A stretch of DNA of 64,000 bases from Batkoa obscura. Taxonomy: Eukaryota. Of the stretch, positions 31,751 through 44,132 are shown piece after piece. The position numbers and the translations under genes are program-made. The stretch spans positions 496,001-560,000 of the forward strand of contig JASVEC010000011.1 of the NCBI GenBank assembly GCA_030770535.1, given 5' to 3'. Within the stretch, counting starts at the first letter, position 1, and the number at the start of each line of letters is the position of its first letter. Under the pieces are notes generated by a model. The model was given only the letters and a program-made list of their open reading frames with translations, did not search any database and had not been told where the DNA came from.

Positions 31751-33163
31751 TTAGTTTACTTTGTCACCAAGACTACTGTCAATTTTTACATCTGGGCTTA
31801 AAATCACCCCAGTAAACTCCTTGCGTTGAATACAGGCTGGATAATATTTCAAAGTTTTATTTTCGTATTGTTTGTATTGATCTATTAAGGTAGCATTATT
31901 TACGACCTTTTCAACGTTTTCAACCAATGTATCTAACTTGCTATTTTCATTTTTTATGATTTCTGTTTTTACAATTTTCCAAAAACGCTCCATTGGGTTA
32001 AGAAATAAAGAGTAAGCTGGCAATTTTATGTATTCAATTCCTTTTTTGTTTATGCTATCTTTGATTTCATCTGATAAGTTATAAATTGAAGTATTCCCCA
32101 TAATAAAAACCGCTTTGGAATTAGCCTCGAATATGTCTAGAAGATTAGTTAAAAAATTATGGAATTTTTCACCATTATATCCATTTTTCCTCAATCCTAC
32201 TATATTATCAAGTTCATAATGTATCACACCTCGTTTGCTACTAATTGCCGCTACTAGAGTCAATGAAGTTAAATATTTACCATGTGTAGTTTTATAAGCT
32301 ACAGTAGTATCTTCCAAAATTCCAAATTTTCGGACTAAATCTAAATTAAAAAACAACTTATCAATCCAAATTTTTTCGGAATCTGCATATTTATCCATAG
32401 CATTTGCAAATTCAAAACGTTGTTCAATAATATCTTGAGTATTCCACTTCTTTGGGATTAGTTTAGTTTCTTTCCAAACTGTATCTAAATTTTTCAAGAT
32501 GGTAGAAATAATATTTACTTTTAAGTCACCAAAGTTATTATCATATAAATGCTGGTGGATTTTTTTATAACTTAAACTACTACTATTTTCAACAAAAATA
32601 CCGGCTTCAACTACCATATCATTATTAATTATTTTGTTTACAGGAGGAGGACGTGATCCTTTAGGAATGCCCTGTACATTAAGTGCCCTATTCAAAGTAG
32701 ATTTGTTGAGATTATAAAGTTTACACGCTTCTATTTGAGTCATTTCACACTGAGTAACTTTTTCAACTGCTATTTTTAATGTTTCTCGATCAACTTTTTG
32801 TCTCTTAGCTGGTTTACTACTTGGGCTTTTAACTAGTTTACTACTTGAGCTTTTAACTGATTTACTGCTTGAGCTTTCAACTTGTTCTCCCTTTTCTTCT
32901 TTACTAACAACAACGTCTAGTTTATTTTGTTCCTCTTTAAGCCGATCATTTAAAAGTCTATACTCAATTTCTTCTTTAGTTGTTTTGTTAAGCAAATATT
33001 CATACACGCCGTAAAGTTGGTTTGCTTTATCGAGCATTTCTTTATACTTAACGTAAAATATGTCAGTTTCTTTTTTGTTTTCGGCGATTTTCCTCTCATA
33101 CTCTTGCATGTTCGCTTTTATTTGCTGCACTGATTCTTCCAAGATTTTACGTTCAGGAGTCAT
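31751..33163 (-). CDS. IS630/Tc1-mariner transposase-derived protein (coiled coil, Psq-like HTH, degenerate DDE domain)
   Basis: MTQIEACKLYNLNKSTL HTH; WIDK, FIMGNTSIY and LPAYSLFLNPMERFW correspond to the D, D and E motifs; open 470 aa. Confidence 0.8.
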   Translation of the reverse strand: MTPERKILEESVQQIKANMQEYERKIAENKKETDIFYVKYKEMLDKANQLYGVYEYLLNKTTKEEIEYRLLNDRLKEEQNKLDVVVSKEEKGEQVESSSSKSVKSSSSKLVKSPSSKPAKRQKVDRETLKIAVEKVTQCEMTQIEACKLYNLNKSTLNRALNVQGIPKGSRPPPVNKIINNDMVVEAGIFVENSSSLSYKKIHQHLYDNNFGDLKVNIISTILKNLDTVWKETKLIPKKWNTQDIIEQRFEFANAMDKYADSEKIWIDKLFFNLDLVRKFGILEDTTVAYKTTHGKYLTSLTLVAAISSKRGVIHYELDNIVGLRKNGYNGEKFHNFLTNLLDIFEANSKAVFIMGNTSIYNLSDEIKDSINKKGIEYIKLPAYSLFLNPMERFWKIVKTEIIKNENSKLDTLVENVEKVVNNATLIDQYKQYENKTLKYYPACIQRKEFTGVILSPDVKIDSSLGDKVN

Positions 33164-34018
33164 TAAAATTTGAAATTGTATAAAAATTAAATTACCAGTT
33201 TGAATAAAAATTAGCTAATAAATAAATATCACCCAATTCTATGATGAAACTTTTCCAACAAGTTTACAGAATTTGTCAAACATAATTTTTTTTGCCCAGA
33301 AAAGATCCAAGTTGCAATTTTGACTATTTGGGGCACAACTAATTTTTGAATTCAATGGTTGGCCTTAACTATAGCTATATTAAAATATCTCAACCAATAG
33401 ATTAGCTTTCAAAAATAAGGGATAATCACCACCTTTAATTTATTTTTTTCCTAACGTTTAATATTTTACAATATTTAGATAACTATTTTTTTACCTAAAA
33501 CTTGGCTTTTCAATTAAAATATATGTAAATATATACTATAGTGTTTGATGTTTTACCCTTGTAATAGTTTTAATACATTATCTAAATTATTGAGATTTAA
33601 ACTTTGTCAGCATTTAATCAATTTTCAAGGATTGGTTTTATTGGCTAAATATCTTTGGTATGGCAGTAATGAAATTCAACTAAAAGAGTTGGTGGGCTCT
33701 GCTTATCTGCGTAAGTGAATGGGCTGAATAGTCAAACTAGAGCAGGGTAAGCTAGATAAATGGTATATAATTGCATTTAAATTGAACTAAGCTATATTTT
33801 ACTTTTATAAATAATATTCTATTTCTTGGCAAATAGCCTTACATTACATTATACACTTTACACTACCTTTGAATAAAAATCTCAACTTTAAAGTAATAAC
33901 CTATAGTAAGAACAGATAAAAAATAGCCAATCAAAGAGCCGTTATTGTGGGAGAGATTGATTACAAAGGGATGAAACTAAAGGATCAAGAAATGTATCCT
34001 TTATTTTATAAACTAAAA

Positions 34019-36336
34019 ATGGCTGCATTGGGATGGGATAAAAATCAAATCTTTAGTACTTCAACTAAACAAAATGGCGATTACAATGAGAATGACTCGG
34101 ATGCTTTAAAAATTGAACAGAAATTTTTAAATTTTATTGAAGGCTTTAGACAAGATAATCTCTATGTTTATAGGTAATTTGATGTTTTTAATATTAACAT
34201 TTGACTTAACTTTTATACATCTAAATAGAGATCAATTGGTAAGCAATATTAAGATGAGATATTTCGGACTTAACGTCTACATCACTGATATTATTAGTCA
34301 CAATGATAAACTTGCGCAAGAAATGCAAGATGATCCTAATGAGTATTTAAAATGTTTTGAGGCAGCAGTAACTGAAGCTGCAAAAAAATTAAAAATAAAT
34401 GAAGAGTATTCAGATGAAATTGATCTGCCTGTTAGGGTACCACAATTTCAAGTCGTGCTAAAAAGTACTAGCACCATGCAATATATTAGAGATCTTAATG
34501 CAAACACTATTGGTAAATTAGTTAAGATAACTGGTATTGTAATTTCAGCATCATCTTTAAGTTCAAAAGCAACTAGTTTATTTATCAGATGTAAATCTTG
34601 TGGCCATAGCAAGCGCTTGCCGGTTAGAGCAGGTATTTCTGGCGTTCAGATACCACGCAAATGTGACAATGAAGCCAAAGAAGCTAATCAAGAAGCATGT
34701 CCTTTAGATCCCTTTACAATTGATCATGACAGATCTTTATTTGTGGACCAGCAAACCTTAAAATTACAAGAAGCTCCTGACATGGTCCCAGTTGGTGAAC
34801 TTCCAAAATATTTATTATTATCAGCTGATAGATGTTTAGTAAATCAAGTTGTCCCTGGTACAAGAGCCACAGTTATTGGTATTCATTCCGCATTTGATTC
34901 TTTTTCAAAAAATAACAACGGCAAGCAGTCGGCCACTCGTACTCCTTACTTGCGTTTAGTTGGTTTGAGCACTGATATAAAAGGATTAAATCGTGGTGTA
35001 ATTAGCTTCACTGATGAAGAAATCAGCAGTATGGAAGAAATATCACGTGAGCGCAATCTTTATGAAAAGCTTGCTAAATCTATCGCTCCTTCTATTTATG
35101 GATCAGAGGATATTAAGAAAGCAATTGCATGTTTGCTATTTGGAGGGTCTTTAAAAAGACTACCCGATGGCATGCGGTTACGTGGTGATATTAACGTACT
35201 TATGTTAGGTGATCCTTCGACTGCTAAATCTCAGCTATTGAAATTTACAGAAAGGGTAGCACCCATTTCAGTTTATACTTCTGGTAAAGGTTCTTCTGCT
35301 GCAGGTTTAACAGCTTCTGTAGTAAGAGACCCTAGTACAAGAGAATTTTATTTGGAAGGTGGAGCTATGGTCTTAGCTGATGGCGGTGTAGTATGTATTG
35401 ATGAGTTTGATAAAATGAGAGATGAAGATAGAGTTGCTATTCATGAGGCTATGGAACAACAAACTATTTCTATAGCTAAGGCAGGTATTACCACTATGCT
35501 TAATTCACGTACCTCAGTATTAGCAGCGGCAAACCCAATTTATGGTAGATACGATGATTTAAGGACACCAGGAGAAAATATTGATTTCCAAACAACTATT
35601 TTATCAAGATTCGATATGATTTTTATCGTTAGAGATCTTTTGGATAGGGAAAGAGATATTACAATCGCTAAGCATGTGATGAATATTCATCTTAACAAAA
35701 GTGTTAAAGAAAATAACCAAGATGGCGATGTTTTTGATATTAATAAGATGAAGAGATACATCGCTTTTTCTAAAACCAGATGCTCTCCAAGACTTTCTCC
35801 AGAAGCAGCAGATGCATTGGCTACAAATTTTGTAGAGCTTAGAAGCACAGTATCAAAGCATGAAGCTGAATTAGAGCAGCGTTCACCCATTCCAATAACT
35901 ATACGGTAATATATTTATTCAATCAAAGTAATTAGTTAATTAATTTGTTTTTAGTCAATTGGAAGCTATTATAAGAATTTCTGAATCATTGGCTAAAATG
36001 ACTTTATCACCATTAGCAACAGTAGATCATGTCAAAGAAGCAGTAAGATTGTTCCAAGCATCCACAATGCAAGCAATTGGAGGGGATGTGGAGGCTAATA
36101 GTTATCAAGGACTTGGTAGAAAGGATGTATTGGAACAAATGCAAAAAATTGATAGAGAAATTCGAATGATAGTACCATTAGGAAACACCACTTCAGTCCA
36201 AAAACTTAAGAATGAAATTGGCTCCATAGGTGAATATAGTGATATTGTGATTGATAGAACCATAAACAATCTTGTAAGACAAGAGGTTTTACAATTCCGT
36301 AACTTTAGAAAAACTGTTTTCCGTGCAAAGCCTTAA
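34019..36336 (+). CDS. MCM5: MCM5 helicase subunit; join(34019..34173,34229..35905,35955..36336)
   Basis: GDPSTAKSQ, YTSGKGSSAAGLTA, IDEFDKM, ILSRFD, IPITIRQLEA; CPLDPF and MVPVGELP typical of Mcm5; two GT-AG introns. Confidence 0.95.
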
Positions 36337-36471
36337 ATAACATATTTTATTGAACATAGTTATATTTTAGTTAACTATTAGCCATCCTATTTAAAATCCA
36401 ACTTAACCAATAAAATGTGGCTTTACTAAATTTAAATAATTTATTTTTTGATTTTTGATTTTCTTTTTAAA

Positions 36472-37077
36472 ATGAGTGAAAATACTAATAACAAAAATCA
36501 AAAAGATAACAATAATGATAAGAATGATAGTGGAGTAAATATATTGGATCAACTAAAGGTAATCTATTGTTAAATGTAATAATATACCATTTCGACACCA
36601 AGTCTTTAAATTTATTTATCAAAAGATATTAAAGCCTTATTAGTTTATTTTTTAATAATATAGGAGATTAAACTTTCAGACTTTAAAAATATATTCCAAA
36701 TACCATGTACAAGGACAGGTCTATTATATGGGGTAGGGGGTGGTATGAGTTTAGGTTTATTACACTTCATGATTAGTTGGAAGCGTAAGGGAGCAATATT
36801 AAAAGAATTTATAAATTCTAAAACAGTAATGGCATCATGTCATAGAGCGGTTGGTGGTTTTGCGTTTGTATCAATCCTTTCATGGTATTTTTAATATAAG
36901 TATATATATATATAATACTAAGTTTATAGGGAAAAATGTAAGTATGATAGGAAAGTTGCAGCTCAAAAAGTTCAATTGGTTGCTGAACAATTCAAAAGAA
37001 TGGAGAAGAAAAGAGCAGAAAAAGAAAACGAAAAAGAAGAAAAAAACGTCGACTCTACGAACAGTACCAATACATAA
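36472..37077 (+). CDS. COX20: COX20-like cytochrome c oxidase assembly factor; join(36472..36558,36664..36884,36930..37077)
   Basis: Spliced translation IPCTRTGLLYGVGGG...AVGGFAFVSILSWEKCKYDR matches the Cox20/FAM36A pattern; missed by the ORF track. Confidence 0.8.
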
Positions 37078-37517
37078 TATATAAGTATATTGTTAACATT
37101 AATAATAAAAAATATAAACTAGAACAAAGCTTTTAATATGAATTTTATTTATAGTTTGAAATTAACTGAATATAGACAAATATTGAATAACTTTATAATA
37201 TGCTTTATTAAATAGTGTTTTAATATAATTTGTCTTTGCTATCTATATCAATGTACATTAAAATATATTTTACTTTTATATACCCGATATTTACTAAAAT
37301 GCTTTAGGATATGATCATTAAATTATTTGCTAGACAAAAAGCTAACTAATAAAATTTATCGATTATAGGACTTTAAGCCATTTGATTTGCAGAAAAATTA
37401 AATCAGGTAAAATCTTGAAATTTAATTATGTTCAAGTAAAACTAAAGAATTGTCGGGACACGAAATATCTCCCTCTTTGAAGAAACTGTTAAACTAGCAG
37501 CTAAAGGATTAATAAAA

Positions 37518-38334
37518 ATGAAGTTTCTTAAACCAGGAAAGGTATGGAGGAAAAACAAAAGACAATCAATATAGAATAACAATATATAAAACTGAAGAAA
37601 TAAAGTCGAAACTTATTAAAAATAATCAAAGAGGAAATTGGACTAAAATTAATCAACTAGGTCGCCATTGTTCTCAAAGGACGTTATGCCGGTAAGAAAG
37701 TTGTTATTGTAAAAAATACCATATAAACTATTCACAAAAGCTAAAAGCTGAATTTGAAACTCAAAATTTAATGCATCCAACTCATGATTCCGGGTAATTA
37801 TTTGATGGATGCATTTCATTTATTTTTTATATTTTTTTTATATTTTTTTTTGGAATTGCGAGTTCCATATGACTACGATTTTTTTATTTTTTTTATATAA
37901 ACACATAACGACGATGGAACTAAAGAACATCCTTACGGTCACGCCGTTGTTGCTGGAGTTGAAAGAACCCCACTCACCGTTACCAAATATATGAGCGAAA
38001 AGAAGATCGCCAGACGTACTCGTGTCAAAGCTTTTGTTAAAGTTGTTAACTACAACCACATTATGCCAACTCGGTAAAAAAAAACAAAGAGTATAATTTT
38101 AACTTTCACTAATAGCTTATAGTTATGGACTTGAATTTGATAACCTTAAGAAGCTTGTTAATGCTGATGCTATTGCTGAACCAACCAAGCGTAAGGAATC
38201 CAAGAAAGCCGTTCAAAAAGCTTTCCAAGAACGGTAAGTCGTTTATTAAACTATTATAATTATGTATATTTAAATCTTTCTATAGTTTCAAGAGTGGTAA
38301 AAACAAGTGGTTCTTCACCAAGCTTCGTTTCTAA
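37518..38334 (+). CDS. RPL27: 60S ribosomal protein eL27; join(37518..37541,37661..37715,37905..38073,38123..38233,38286..38334)
   Basis: [26 protein letters not shown]...[13 protein letters not shown]...[10 protein letters not shown]...[12 protein letters not shown]; introns 1, 3 and 4 are GT-AG, intron 2 is non-canonical. Confidence 0.93.
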
Positions 38335-39524
38335 ACTATTAATAACTTATTAAAAGAAGCTAATTAAAATTAAAATGTTATTTATAGACATTACATTGGA
38401 ATTTGAAGTTTAATTAGATGTCATAAATGAGGCACAAACTTTTGGAAATTTTATATCAGTGTTCATCAGTTGAAGAAAATAAACGAAAAGAAAATGAACA
38501 TGGAATCGATACATTTTTTCAATATTTGAAAAAATGTATAATAATAATTGAAAGCGATATTTCAATAGAATTTTATTAAGTTAATGTAATAGCTTTTTAC
38601 TGCAATGTTTTCTAATATAATGAAATAATGATTTAATATATACAAATTGCATGATAGGTAGGTATTTAATAATTAAGATAGCAACTGTTACTATTTTATG
38701 TTTAATGAAAAATATGAGAATTACCGGATTATCCTAATTTATATTTCTCAAGCCTTATCTGTAGTATGTAAACATTAATAAATAGTTTCAAATTATTTTA
38801 TTGTGAGTTTTAGTTTGCTTTTATTATAATAAATTAATAAAAATAATCATATAAGCCATATATTCAATAGTTTGTTGTGGTAAATCATTGGACTTTTTTA
38901 GATTTTTTCTAAGACCCCAGTGTTTTATTTCGAAAGATTAAAAAACTATTAGATTACTATACCTTTTTATTGATTTATCAACCCCTGTAAAAATAAGTTA
39001 TATATTATATATATTATGAAATATTACTCTATTAAACACTATATATTTGTATATAGCCAATAGAAGCCGCATTTTAGTTTTAATTTATAAATTGAAATCC
39101 AAATTGAAATATTACAAAAATGATTAAATTTTTATATTAATTAAGTATTGTTTAAATTAAAAAACACTACAATACAGAGCTAATAATTTACTAAATTTAA
39201 AAATATGTAATAAATCATTCATTAAAGTCAAAAGAACCAAGGCAAAAAACAGCTAAATAAAAGAAAGCATAGGAGTAAGAGTATAGGATATGTGATAGTA
39301 GTAATGTTTTTTACTTGCTTTAAGCCCCTTTTTTCATTTTTGATGACGTAAATAGTTCCCAACTTTAAACTAAATATATAGCAAAGAAACAAGTTAATAG
39401 TTTACGTCAAATAAATGACTTTATCATATTTTATTTTATTCTACTTTGTAGTATTCTACTCAACAGTAAATCCGCTAATAAAAATGACTGTTTTTAAAGT
39501 CAATGACAACACAGAATCTATTAT

Positions 39525-39624
39525 GGAGGTGTTTTTTTTTGGTTTCATTATTTTTTCCATTTTTTAAGCGCTATTTGAGTGGAAAGATTGTTAGTAAAAT
39601 CCTTAAACAAAAAAATACATCCCC
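39525..39624 (+). mobile_element. MITE family A
   Basis: Non-palindromic direct TSD TTAT on both sides, showing a true 4-bp duplication. Confidence 0.92.
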
Positions 39625-39818
39625 TTATATTTGGAAAGCTTCATAAAATTTATATATTAGCCTCCTATAATGATAGCTTAAAAGTCATTGTATATTAAAG
39701 AAAGATTAGGTTTTTATTTTTTATTTTACTGGTACATCTTTTGTTAATTTTTTAAAATTGAGCAATTATACTAAAGGTTTTGTAATTGAATTAATATCTT
39801 TAAAAGTTAAAAAATATT

Positions 39819-40810
39819 TTAAAAATTATCATAAAATTTACAAATCTTTACTAAAGGTTCTACCCAAGTTAACTTTGGGATTCGCTTCAATTTACTTACT
39901 ATAAATGAACGTTGTAATTCTTCTCTGGTACCCTCATGACATAAAATAAGTGATATATTGGTAGTAAGGATAGAGTTGATTTCTTCGTCAACATCCAAAA
40001 ATTCAAAGCTATCAATTTTAAATATTTTCAAGTTCGGAAAGAGGAACAAAAAGTACATAAAATCTTGAATTGATGATTTAATACTGCGAAATTTAATTTC
40101 TTTTACAAACTCGCATTGAATCAATTTACGTTTACCAATATCATTGTAATACTGAGGATTTGTAAGATTACTATTGTCTAAATCAAAATTTTTGAGTTGA
40201 AATGTATTATGAGAACTCTCCCCATCAAAAATCAAATGATTGGAATAAACTTTTTGAATATTTAATGTTGGTAAAATAGCTAATAATTTTTCTGGATTTA
40301 GCATGGCAAAAATATCAATAATTTTTTCCTAGTATCCTTCGATTTCTACAAATTCAAATTGATCTAAATAACTATTGAAAAGTTCTGAACTAGTCCAGCG
40401 AAAGTATTTATAGGTGATAATTTTTAACTTTTTTAAATTTGGGAGGTCAATTGTTGGGGGGATTTCCTCATGATCACCACATAAGGAGTCATATAAATAA
40501 TAAATTGAAGCTATATTTGGACAGCTATTTAGTAATTCATCTACATTTAAATATAAATTCAGATGATTCATCATTGGTTCATTTTCTATAATAATCTGTT
40601 TTTGTATTGTTCAATTACTTTGTTTCCGTCTGAGGTATTGGAAATGGTGTTGTATACATGATAACTTAAATTGTAATTGATAATTTTATTAACAATATTG
40701 AGTATCGTTTTGTCTAAAAAACAAAGTTCAAACGATTTCCATGGGCTCATCAATTGAAATATTTCTTCCAATATAACATCTAGTAAAAAAGCAAGTCTCA
40801 TGCTTATCAT
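39819..40810 (-). pseudogene. Probable F-box/LRR-like gene, disrupted
   Basis: F-box-like LLDVILEEIFQLM start and LRR-like CPNIASI, LPNLKKLKI, FPNLKIFKI; split by a frame change near 40580 and an in-frame TAG at 40329-40331. Confidence 0.5.
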
Positions 40811-40825
40811 TTTGTTGTATTAATT

Positions 40826-40923
40826 GGGGGTGTTTTTTTTGGCTTAATTACTTTTTCCATTTTTTAAGCGCTATTTGAGCGGAAAGATTGTTAGTAAAAT
40901 CCTTAAACAAAAAATACATCCCC
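40826..40923 (+). mobile_element. MITE family A
   Basis: GGGGGTGT...ACATCCCC, flanks AATT/ATTT. Confidence 0.88.
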
Positions 40924-41199
40924 ATTTGATGTTATATATAAACTTTAAAACCCCAAGGGATTTATAAATATCTAAAAATTTCAATAGTGCTGCGTATGCT
41001 ATTTGCTATTAATCTCATCAATATTAATTGTAAAAACAATTTAGATATTAAGTTGAACCAATTATTATAATATTAAATTTATGGCAAGTTTTCTCATACA
41101 CCCTTGAACAAAGTTTGATGAGGGACTAATCACTTATTTCCTATATTATACACTCTTGATTAGATAAAGTGGCCTTATATAGATATTGAATATAAGAAA

Positions 41200-43050
41200 A
41201 GTAATCAAAATAAAGTATACTTTTAAAACAGTAATATATTCAATTATAAATATTCAATGTAAAAAGATGGGATCCTTAAATGGCTATTCTTTATTGTTAT
41301 ATGATTTGTTTAAAGACCCAGCGATAATTTCAATTAGCTTTAGATTGAGTACACATTTTCTTGTGGCAGAAGGCACCATTGTCAGAGATTTAAGAATTCT
41401 TTTTCTTTCTAAATATAAATCTTGTTCTCATTCTCATTCCCATTCCCTCCATAACATATCACGAAAACTAAACAAATAGAAACAACTGGGAAATCAATGG
41501 TAAGAACATATTTATGTGAGATTTCAATAGCACTGTCTAGTAACAAATAACATTCTTTGAGTGTGATTTCTATATAACTTGATGTTTTTATTTCAACGTT
41601 TATTATCAGTTTCGCGTTCCCCAAAATCATAAATTTTCTTTTCTTTAGATATATTAAACTGAATAGTGTGTATAATAAATTCAATGTGATGGAAGAAATA
41701 TGTAATACAGTTTTTTTTAATCACTAATGGTTGATTGTATGGTTCGATTCTCTGTTTTTAGTAAAATACTATTCGTAACCCGAATATTTTTCTCTTTAAT
41801 TATAATTTGAACGAAAGTTTCTTTAAAATAGTATGAATTTCTAATTGATCTTCGTCTTGCTTAACACTTTTTTCTTTGATTATACGTAAGTAAAAAAAAA
41901 TGGTATCTAAAATATAGTGAAACTCTTGTAACTTCAAGTAACAAAACTTTAATATACCCCCATTATTTATGTTAAAAGCAAACGGGGACTGAGAAAGTTT
42001 GCGTGTATAATACTTAATCATTTTTCTTAACTTCAAAGGGAATATAGGTTCAGCGATACAGGATTCAGCTAATAATAGCACTCCGCCATAATAAGAACTT
42101 AATATACAGTAGATATAAACTCGCTCAATATTCATCTTTTTAGATAGTTTTATCGAAGATCGATGTAAGCCTATTATAAACGATATCCTATACTATAGTA
42201 GTTGAATTGAAGATATTCTTTAAGCCCATTAATCCATGGAATGCAAGTTATACCCCACACTAATGTAAGGATTATTTGTGTATTTTCTAAATTAAGTTTA
42301 ATTATATGGGCATTTGAAACAAACATATAAAGCCTTTCTTCAAAATATTTCCTTAATTTTTTTACAATTTCAGTTTTTTCCGTAAATAAAAGGCCAACTT
42401 AATAGGATTGCTGCTTTTAACTCAAATGAACGTGAAGGAAAATTGAATTGTGTTTCCCTAAATAAAGGAAACGTCACGTTAACAAATTTAAACTAATTTA
42501 TTAAAGCTTCTTTTAAGATTAGGCTGATATTGAATTCAATTCCTTTTGGTGCTTTGGGTGTAAAGCTTAATCTCCTAGGTTTGAACGTAAGTAGATCCAA
42601 TTTATCTGTCAATGTAATGAAAAGATTTGAAGCTTTACTACGAAAAAACGGAAAAGGATTTTGAACAGACTTTAACAAATTTTCTTAACAATACTTTTCT
42701 CTGAAATCTATCAAGAATTCCTAAAATATTGTATAAAAAATTAAAATCCTTTGGTAATTTTACTAATTGGAATTTAGTCCTTTTTAATTGAAGTTGCTTT
42801 GAGTTGAATTTACTATCCTTTGTATAAAAAAAATTGAGGGCTTCCTTGCCTTTATATTTAGCTTCGACTTAATGTTTTCTCAATTCGTATTTTATATCTT
42901 CGTTTTTATGATATGCAATTTCTCTAATGAAAGTACATTCGGTTTTCCTTTTTATACACCTTGAACATGCTGGTAGCAATCTATAGCACTTAGCATGACT
43001 TCTAAAGCTTTGCTCACATCTATGCCCTTTTTTATTCAGGCATAAACTAT
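41200..43050 (-). pseudogene. Possible highly decayed non-LTR retrotransposon RT relic
   Basis: Fragmentary GIDVSKA (~43020), RQGSP (~42845) and VYIYCILSSYYG (~42100) in RT-like order, with many stops; weak. Confidence 0.25.
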
Positions 43051-44132
43051 TTTAATCCTTCATTATAGCAAAAATGTATAAAAAAACTATACATCATTAC
43101 AAAATAACTAATAACTTTAGATATCTCATCTAATACCCAATTAAAAAGTAGAACTTTATGTATATAAGGTTATTATTAATTGCCTATTTAAAATACTGCC
43201 AATTAAATCAAAATTAAACAAGAACATTATTAAGCTTCGGAGTTATCTTATTTTAACTCTAGAAGAACATTTAAACTAATTGGTTATTTTTTTACATCTA
43301 TGCCTATAGACACTAGCTTTTACTTTGTGCTATACATATAGCATATAAACTTATTTTTAAATTTAAAAACGACTCAAATAAAGCGTATTTAATACCAATA
43401 GTTAATCATTATATTGATTTACTAGACTTTTAATCTTATTTTTATAATTTAAACTTTACAGATATTTTAAATCAATCTAATTATCAACATAGTATGTGAT
43501 AATAATATGGTACTACTTAACCTTTTAATTTGATAGTTTTTAAAAAACAACATGAATTTAGTTACAAAATTTTTGTATGTTTGCTTCTTCAGATTTTGTA
43601 TTTTTAGCTTCAAATTAAATACTTTAAAGCATTTTTTTAATTTATCAAAATTTAAGTATAGCTATAATAAGGAAGGTGTAAACATTTGTGTAGTAAGAAA
43701 ATATGCTAATAAAAATATTTTGAAAAGATTGTCATTATCTTTATTAAAATAAGAAATAGGAATAAATAAATCATAAAAATAGACTGTAAACTTTGACTCT
43801 TTATATAAAAATAAATATATAACGTAAAGTTTTTATGTAATTAAAATCTCTTGTTGAAATTTTATATTAGCATGCATGCTTCACTATTATGATTGTAAGT
43901 ATGAAAAAAAACTACAGAACTCTCTTTAAAAGTTTAAAAGAATTCTTAAAATAAGTAACTAATATAAAAACAGTCTAATAAAGAAAATATTCATTAAAAC
44001 AGTAAAATACAATAATGATAATAGAATATGAAGCATAAGTAAGTTTTCTAATTGGTAGCTTTTTAATAGTGACAATAAATAAAAATAAAGAGTTAATTTC
44101 AAATGTCAAAATATAGTAAATTTTTAATTAAA

